A DNA stretch of 24,838 nucleotides. It comes from a virus. Taxonomy: Duplodnaviria > Caudoviricetes. The notes under the pieces are model-generated. The model was given only the letters and a program-made list of their open reading frames with translations, ran no database searches and was not told the origin of the DNA. Position numbers and translations under genes: made by a program. The stretch covers positions 1 through 24,838 of IMG/VR virus record IMGVR_UViG_3300009095_000069. One strand, written 5' to 3'. Position 1 is the stretch's first letter; each line of letters opens with the position of its first letter. Below, in pieces: positions 8,752 through 14,123 of this stretch.

Positions 8752-9468
8752 ATGAAACAGAATCTTAATAGTAATCAGGAACAGGAAGTCTTATTAGGCG
8801 ATGTTTATCATCAAATACTAAGTCTTTTTGTTAGTAAGGATAAACTGAAACCTGAACTAATGGCTCCTTTTATCCAAGAAAATTTCGCCATTGCAACAGA
8901 TGCACACGCTGTTATTTGTTTCAAAAAGGAATTATTAGGCGAAACAAAAATAGAGGCCAATGAAAAAGCGCCAAACGCATTAGCTGTAATCCCTACCGAA
9001 GAAAATATGAGTATCGAGTTTGATTCTATTGAAATGAGAAAGCAAATTTTAAAATCTCGAAAACTTGCTGATGAAATCTTTGAGGTTACAGAAAGCAAAT
9101 GCCCTGATTGTGATGGGTATGGTTTTGTCGATTATAAATTTTCAGACTACAAAGGTAATACTCACAAAGAGGATATGACTTGCCCGACTTGCGAAAATGA
9201 AAATGAGTGGCTTAAAATTATAAATAGAAAAACCGGGGAGGAAGTTGATCGTTTCTTTAAATTATTTAGGATTAAGGACTCTTTAATAGATGTTGAGCTG
9301 TTTGAAAAACTCGTGAAAACAGCAGAAATTTTATCTGTTGAGAAAATCAAATTAGTTTATAGCTCAGGGCAAGCTAGCCCCCGTAAGTTCATCGTTGGTG
9401 AGTGTATAGTTTGTTTAATGCCTGTTTATAAATCTAATGACCAAGACTTGATTTTAAATATATCATAA
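8752..9468 (+). CDS. Hypothetical protein with Zn-finger insert (CPDCDGYG...CPTC), weak sliding-clamp-like motifs
   Basis: IATDAHAVI and terminal CLMPV resemble beta-clamp motifs (ATDGHRL, xxMP); DnaJ-like CxxCxGxG. Confidence 0.7.
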   Translation: MKQNLNSNQEQEVLLGDVYHQILSLFVSKDKLKPELMAPFIQENFAIATDAHAVICFKKELLGETKIEANEKAPNALAVIPTEENMSIEFDSIEMRKQILKSRKLADEIFEVTESKCPDCDGYGFVDYKFSDYKGNTHKEDMTCPTCENENEWLKIINRKTGEEVDRFFKLFRIKDSLIDVELFEKLVKTAEILSVEKIKLVYSSGQASPRKFIVGECIVCLMPVYKSNDQDLILNIS

Positions 9469-9501
9469 CTAAACAATTGGCACCCCTAAAAATAAAACAA
9501 T

Positions 9502-10002
9502 ATGCTAAACCTAAACAAATTAGAGCGACAACTTGACGAAGCTCTCGCAAAAGAAACTCCCGAATCCCTAACTGAATGGTTGAGAGAGAAGAGTGAATTT
9601 AAGCCCCCATTCAGGGGGAAGACATTACACTTAACCTTAAAGAAGAAGTGGTTTGACATGGTTGCTTCTGGCGAAAAGATGGAGGAATACAGGGAGATAA
9701 AGCAATACTGGATAATTAGAATGTTTAATCATAATCCATTTTCCATATACAACAGAAGGGTAGCCCACATTGAGGATGAGGTAGTAAAAACAATATTATC
9801 AAATATTGACTACTTCGTCACCCATAGAATTAAGAAGTATGACTTGGTTGAGTTTAAGAATGGATACTCTAAAGCTGCACCATCCATAATATTTGAGTTA
9901 CGAGGGATTGAAATTAGGGAAGGCAAACCTGAATGGGGAGCCGAAAAGGGTAAGAAATATTTCGTGTTAAAATTAGGTGCATTACTGGAAAAGAATTTTT
10001 AA
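9502..10002 (+). CDS. ASCH/PUA-like domain protein
   Basis: LHLTLKKKWFDMVASGEKMEEYRE...F.NGY...G.PEWGA...YFVLKLG. Confidence 0.8.
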   Translation: MLNLNKLERQLDEALAKETPESLTEWLREKSEFKPPFRGKTLHLTLKKKWFDMVASGEKMEEYREIKQYWIIRMFNHNPFSIYNRRVAHIEDEVVKTILSNIDYFVTHRIKKYDLVEFKNGYSKAAPSIIFELRGIEIREGKPEWGAEKGKKYFVLKLGALLEKNF

Positions 10003-10029
10003 ATAACTGAGAAAGAAAACATTTTAGTA

Positions 10030-10527
10030 ATGATAGAATCAACTTGCAAATATTGCGGATGCACTGATACTGATTGCTCCGGGTGTATAAAGAAAACAGG
10101 TAACCCATGTTATTGGATTGATAAAGAAAAAACGATTTGTAGCGCCTGCTATTATGCTGAAGATTTGGTCCTTTCAAAGATTAAAGGGTCCAATTTTAAG
10201 GAAGAGTTTTATAGGAAACAGGAAGAGCTTTATAGTAAAGCTACATCGGAGTGGGAAGGAAAATTAGAATCCTACCTTTTAAACAACCTAAAAAACCTCG
10301 GATATGAATTTGCAAACGAGGATAAGTTTACGGAATTTCTTAAGACTCGTGTAACTCGAATACGATTTGAAGGACGGCACAATTACTATGTACTTTGTCT
10401 TGATTATAAAGTAGAAGAAAACAAGGGCAAAATCATAGGAGTTTATTCTGAAGAAATGAAAATTGTCCAAAATAGTTACGAAACAAAAGTTACTTTAAAC
10501 AGGGTATTAGAAAAAATAGGGCTATGA
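10030..10527 (+). CDS. Hypothetical protein with N-terminal Cys-rich Zn finger
   Basis: CKYCGCTDTDCSGC...CYW...CSAC. Confidence 0.75.
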   Translation: MIESTCKYCGCTDTDCSGCIKKTGNPCYWIDKEKTICSACYYAEDLVLSKIKGSNFKEEFYRKQEELYSKATSEWEGKLESYLLNNLKNLGYEFANEDKFTEFLKTRVTRIRFEGRHNYYVLCLDYKVEENKGKIIGVYSEEMKIVQNSYETKVTLNRVLEKIGL

Positions 10528-10760
10528 CCAAGGATAATTTTAAAAAAAATACTCAAGCAAATCTTTTCGACCTGCCCTCGGAATTAGCTAGGGCAGGTCC
10601 CGGCCTTACCTGCAATACTTGTGAACATAGGCAACGGTGGCAATGCAATAGCAAAGTATTTCAGTATTGCGGAGTACGAAAAAGCAACCGGACTGAAAAT
10701 GGTTTGCTGAAAATTAAATGTAAGGATGCAGCTTGTCCGTTGTACAAGCACTGCACATAA
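10524..10760 (+). CDS. Small Cys-rich hypothetical protein; its stop codon lies in the first TAAC of the array
   Basis: CNTCEH...YC...KCKDAACPLY; TAA at 10758-10760 followed by C. Confidence 0.75.
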   Translation: MTKDNFKKNTQANLFDLPSELARAGPGLTCNTCEHRQRWQCNSKVFQYCGVRKSNRTENGLLKIKCKDAACPLYKHCT

Positions 10761-10849
10761 CGGTTCGGGCTTGGCGAAGTTGCCGACTATAAAACTTAAA
10801 TTATTAACCTAACCGCCCAACGGCAATTTTGCCAAACTGCTTGTTATAT
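10755..10849 (+). repeat. attC-like site 1 (95 bp)
   Basis: ACATAAC ... TTGGCGAAGTTGCCG(10771-85)/CGGCAATTTTGCCAA(10821-35) ... GTTATAT. Confidence 0.75.
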
Positions 10850-10877
10850 GCAGTGGCGGTTACAAATACTAAATATT

Positions 10878-11042
10878 ATGAGTAAAGAAGAAGTAAAAAG
10901 AGAAATAGAATACTTGAGAGATAAACAAGCTAAATACGGATGGCGAGAAGGCGATTCGGAAAAGTTTGAAAAGCTACAAAAATTGTGGGAAAATTTCGCA
11001 CACATTGAAAAGGGAAGGTATGTTAAAGCACCTGAGATTTAG
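10878..11042 (+). CDS. Cassette 1 gene, 54 aa hypothetical
   Basis: ATG 10878 after an A/T-rich leader; unit ends GTTATATGCAGTGGC / GCCATTGCATATAAC. Confidence 0.65.
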   Translation: MSKEEVKREIEYLRDKQAKYGWREGDSEKFEKLQKLWENFAHIEKGRYVKAPEI

Positions 11043-11049
11043 CCATTGC

Positions 11050-11183
11050 ATATAACGTTGTGGCAGCTTGGCGAAGTTGCCGACTTAGACGCACAAAACT
11101 TTCAAATTAGTATAAACTTAAATAAATAGAACAAATGTCAAATTTAGCACAAACTCCGCAATTGAATATAGCTGATGTTAGTG
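11050..11183 (+). repeat. attC-like site 2 (134 bp, arms mismatched)
   Basis: ATATAAC ... GCTTGGCGAAGTTGCCGACT (identical to site 1) ... CGCAATTGAATATAGCTGAT-GTTAGTG. Confidence 0.7.
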
Positions 11184-11401
11184 GCAGTTTTTATTGGGGA
11201 ACCGATTATTACCACCACGACAACGCTTTTACAATGCAAGATTTTTTAAACAACCATTTACCTGCCGATTTCGATGTAATATTTGAAGATGGTAGCTATG
11301 CAGAGGTGCAACAACACGCTACTGATGCAATATTTTCACTTGATGCGAAAGGTAATGGCGACAGCTACCATCACGTAGTTAATTGGCATTTTCTTCGTTA
11401 A
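11135..11401 (+). CDS. Cassette 2 gene, 88 aa hypothetical (start inside site 2)
   Basis: MSNLAQTPQLNIADVSGS crosses the GTTA; unit ends GTTAGTGGCAGTTTT / AAAATTGCCACTAAC. Confidence 0.7.
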   Translation: MSNLAQTPQLNIADVSGSFYWGTDYYHHDNAFTMQDFLNNHLPADFDVIFEDGSYAEVQQHATDAIFSLDAKGNGDSYHHVVNWHFLR

Positions 11402-11407
11402 AATTGC

Positions 11408-11543
11408 CACTAACGTCCCAGCGGCTTGCCGTTCGGTGGCGTACAAATTAGTACAAATGTTTAATAAGAAGAAAAAAGATGAATACAGCACAAAAGCTTA
11501 ATAGTAACACTTCACCCGCCATTACGGCAAACCGATGTTATGT
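11408..11543 (+). repeat. attC-like site 3 (136 bp)
   Basis: CACTAAC ... CGGCTTGCCGTTCGGTGGCG(11422-41)/CGCCATTACGGCAAACCG(11517-34) ... GTTATGT. Confidence 0.75.
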
Positions 11544-11582
11544 GCTGGGCGGGTTATCAGCACTAAATTTAATTAAAAATAA

Positions 11583-11894
11583 ATGGAAAAGGTAATAATT
11601 GACAAAATGAGAGATACTATTATTGTTGAAAAAACAAACGGTAATGATGTTTTAAAGGGCAGCAAGTTTTATTGTGGCTGTTGTGGAAATGTTTTAGGGG
11701 TCGCAAAAAAGAAAATGACATTCCCCTTTTCTGTTGATACATTTAAAACTTTATTAAAGAATAAAACGTTTGATACAATGCTTTTTGGGTTGCGTCATAA
11801 AACTTGCGGACATACAATGTTTAGCTTCAAAAAAGGATATGGATTTATAAGACTGGAAACTTACATTGAAAACGTTCCGCCGCCTGACCACTAA
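11583..11894 (+). CDS. Cassette 3 gene, Zn-ribbon-like hypothetical
   Basis: YCGCCG...HKTCGH; stop TAA is part of TAAC 11892-95. Confidence 0.7.
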   Translation: MEKVIIDKMRDTIIVEKTNGNDVLKGSKFYCGCCGNVLGVAKKKMTFPFSVDTFKTLLKNKTFDTMLFGLRHKTCGHTMFSFKKGYGFIRLETYIENVPPPDH

Positions 11895-11925
11895 CTCGCA
11901 AATTGGCGCAAAACACAAGTTATCA
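11889..11925 (+). repeat. attC-like site 4 (minimal, 37 bp)
   Basis: CACTAAC-TCGCAAATTGGCGCAAAACACAA-GTTATCA; no strong inner stem. Confidence 0.55.
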
Positions 11926-11949
11926 GATGGCTTTCTTAAATTTTAAAAT

Positions 11950-12384
11950 ATGACAACATACGTTTTAACAGTTTCAGAGTTCTTTCCAAAAACTCACAAA
12001 AAATCAGGTAAGGCAACGGGTTTTCCTTTGTCAATTAAGCATTATGATAAAATACACACTATCAGAGGCAACTATGATTTGTGGGCTAAACGCTTTGAAA
12101 AAATAAACAAAGGCGAGGCAATTTTATCAGTTAGAATTTGGTCAGGTAAGCCATATCAAAGTAAACAACAAGAGATTTTCAAGTATGATAAAACTCACGG
12201 AATAGGTTTACAAAAATTAGAGCAACCAAACAATTTTGTATTTGCTTCAATTGAAGGTAAAAAAGTAAACTGGGATTTGGTTGCAAAAAATGACGGATTA
12301 AGTTTTGAAGATTTTTGCGACTGGTTCAAAGTTCGGTCAGACAAACCTATGGCGATTATTCATTTTACGGATTTTCGTTATTAA
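11950..12384 (+). CDS. Cassette 4 gene, ASCH/PUA-like protein
   Basis: KIHTIR...WSGKPYQSKQ...AKNDGLSFEDFCDWF...IIHFTDFRY; unit ends GTTATCAGATGGCTT / AAGCTCTCTGATAAC. Confidence 0.75.
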   Translation: MTTYVLTVSEFFPKTHKKSGKATGFPLSIKHYDKIHTIRGNYDLWAKRFEKINKGEAILSVRIWSGKPYQSKQQEIFKYDKTHGIGLQKLEQPNNFVFASIEGKKVNWDLVAKNDGLSFEDFCDWFKVRSDKPMAIIHFTDFRY

Positions 12385-12390
12385 GCTCTC

Positions 12391-12513
12391 TGATAACGTT
12401 CAAAGGCTTTTAGTTCGTTGGGGTTTCCCAGCACAAAAGCTCTGTTGTTCGGGCAATGAGGCATAACGCTGAGTATAAACGCTCGTTTTAATGGCGTTTA
12501 TACATTGTTAGCT
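12391..12513 (+). repeat. attC-like site 5 (tandem: hairpin 12391-12450 plus compact 53 bp site 12461-12513)
   Basis: TGATAAC..GCTTTT..TGGG-GTTT-CCCA..AAAAGC..GTTG; then GCATAAC-GCTGA-GTATAAACGC/GCGTTTATAC-ATT-GTTAGCT. Confidence 0.7.
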
Positions 12514-12535
12514 GACTGTATAAAATTTTTACTTT

Positions 12536-12862
12536 ATGAGAACATTTAAATTTGAAAAAGAACAAGACAATAGATGGTATGTGGTGCTTCCCGAATGGGA
12601 AGGCGACAAGGCAGAACTTGAAATGGTATGTGGTGCTGATGTAATGCTTGATATAGTGGCACAAGGTGAATGGCACACTTACTTAACGATAAGCGATAAG
12701 GAATTTGATAACCCAAGATTTACACTGATTTTTAATAGAGAAGAAGCTGATGGTGGATGGTATGATTTGAAAAGCGATATGCACGAATTTGAAGTGTGGT
12801 TGTGCCACGTTACAAAATTTGTATTTGATGGTCGCCTTCCAAAAATTTTATATTGCAGCTAA
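12536..12862 (+). CDS. Cassette 5 gene, DUF6717-like hypothetical
   Basis: RWYVVLPEWEGDKAELEMVCGADVMLD...WLCHVTKFVF...P; stop in TAAC 12860-63; family recognition from memory. Confidence 0.7.
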   Translation: MRTFKFEKEQDNRWYVVLPEWEGDKAELEMVCGADVMLDIVAQGEWHTYLTISDKEFDNPRFTLIFNREEADGGWYDLKSDMHEFEVWLCHVTKFVFDGRLPKILYCS

Positions 12863-12985
12863 CGTTTTGGCTATGAAAAGTAGCGGAGTTGAAACACTTA
12901 ACTATCGAATGATAGCAAACTTAAATACAATTATTAACCTTACGGTAAGCACTAACACCGATATTTTTTATAGCCGTTGTTACCT
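12857..12985 (+). repeat. attC-like site 6 (129 bp)
   Basis: AGCTAAC ... GGCTATGAAAAGTAGCGG(12869-86)/CCGATATTTTTTATAGCC(12958-75) ... GTTACCT. Confidence 0.75.
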
Positions 12986-13006
12986 GCCGTTTTTATTCAA
13001 ATCATT

Positions 13007-13243
13007 ATGAATGTACCACATTTAATAAAAGCTGGAGACACAAGAGTATTATTAGGGAAAGACTCAACTCCTCCAAAAGTAGATTGTCGAGTTTGGGCAG
13101 AAGATAGCTACCAAGAAGTGTTAGAAATACTTTTGGAAGTTAGAAAGAAAGACATCCAAATGTATGTAGAAGGGGAAAGGCCACTATTACCGCAACCGCT
13201 TAGAAAAAGAATACACGACTTTCTTTCTTCAAATGGCAGGTAA
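13007..13243 (+). CDS. Cassette 6 gene, 78 aa hypothetical
   Basis: ATG 13007; stop in TAAC 13241-44; unit ends GTTACCTGCCGTTT / AAATGGCAGGTAAC. Confidence 0.7.
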   Translation: MNVPHLIKAGDTRVLLGKDSTPPKVDCRVWAEDSYQEVLEILLEVRKKDIQMYVEGERPLLPQPLRKRIHDFLSSNGR

Positions 13244-13268
13244 CGTTTTGCAGATATATGTAGTTGCG
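13238..13268 (+). repeat. attC-like site 7 (left half only)
   Basis: AGGTAAC-GTTTTG-CAGATATATGTAGTTGCG; no local right arm found. Confidence 0.55.
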
Positions 13269-13287
13269 AAATTTAAAAACAAAAATT

Positions 13288-13746
13288 ATGAGTTACGATG
13301 AAAATAGAATATCCGACCAAATTGATGGCGGGTTAAAAGAACAAGAAAATAGCATCAAAATCGACTATGCGCTTTATAGGAAAATATCTGATACAAATCC
13401 ATTAATCAGATATGAGACATTAAAAGAAGCTAAATACGAATATTTGAACTCAAAGGATTATATAATGATAGTCTGCGAGGTTTCAGAATTGAGAAACGGC
13501 AAAAGAATTATAACTCAAGAACGAGTTATAAAAGCTCCGCAAATATGGCTACCTGCTGATAGATTTATTCCTGAGTTTGATGACATGTACTTATGTCATA
13601 TTGTTAGAAAAGAAGAATGTGGGAAATTCAAGAAATACCAATGTGTACTTAATTTTGAAAAGGGCAAGTGGAAAACGGTATTGGCTGAAAGGGTAACACA
13701 TTGGATGATTGTCGAAGAACCAATGTCTAAAATAAAGATGTTGTGA
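13288..13746 (+). CDS. Hypothetical protein with C-terminal DUF551-like domain
   Basis: W...P....YL...W......VTHWM; ATG at 13288 preferred over TTG 13264. Confidence 0.7.
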   Translation: MSYDENRISDQIDGGLKEQENSIKIDYALYRKISDTNPLIRYETLKEAKYEYLNSKDYIMIVCEVSELRNGKRIITQERVIKAPQIWLPADRFIPEFDDMYLCHIVRKEECGKFKKYQCVLNFEKGKWKTVLAERVTHWMIVEEPMSKIKML

Positions 13747-13830
13747 AAATGTCTGTAGCAATTACGGCTAACACCTAAATACACGCAACAACTACAAAAT
13801 GTCTGAAAAACAAAACAATTTAATTAAAGA

Positions 13831-14055
13831 ATGAAGATAGCAGTAAAAGCAGGGTTGAAGCCGGATCCGGTATTGACGGTATCGGAGTGGTCAGACCGGA
13901 ATAGAATGTTAGATAGCCAGAGCTCAGCGATGCCGGGACGGTATAGGACGTCGGTAACCCCGTATCTTAAAGACATAATGGATGCCCTGGGGGAGTACAG
14001 CGAAGTTGAGGAAGTGATTGTAATGAAAGGAGCGCAGCTTGACGAAATAATGTAG
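13831..14055 (+). pseudogene. N-terminal fragment of a lambda gpA-type terminase large subunit
   Basis: PDPVLTVSEWSDRNRML...PGRYRTSVTPYLKDIMDAL...EEVIVMKGAQL; stops at the Walker A region after 74 aa. Confidence 0.8.
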
Positions 14056-14123
14056 GACAAAATGAAACCTAAGCTAAACAATATCAGGCAAACTCTTTCA
14101 AAAGAAAGAAAAAAAATAACACT

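Larger units (their letters stand above)
10755..13268 (+). mobile_element. Integron-like gene-cassette array (attC-like sites, no integrase in window; CALIN-like)
   Basis: Six consecutive single-gene units bounded by G|TTA...TAAC with unit-specific terminal complementarity, separated by TAAC-hairpin-GTTA spacers. Confidence 0.75.

Noticed and set aside
12789-12908. 5' part of the 73 aa ORF 12789-13010
   Set aside because: Overlaps the cassette 5 gene out of frame; only the ATG 12909 portion is kept as a possible leader.
10755-13268. CRISPR array interpretation of the repeats
   Set aside because: Repeats are non-identical and variable in length, are separated by whole genes, and no cas genes are present.
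10755-13268. Spacers as simple rho-independent terminators
   Set aside because: No poly-T tails, loops of 35-75 nt in the long sites, and terminators would not explain cassette-specific end complementarity.
5889-13772. GTTAGCCGTAA (5889) complementary to TTACGGCTAAC (13762), suggesting a giant cassette
   Set aside because: The left copy is inside the intact pcfJ coding sequence with no site arm; an 11 bp match over 8 kb is plausibly chance.
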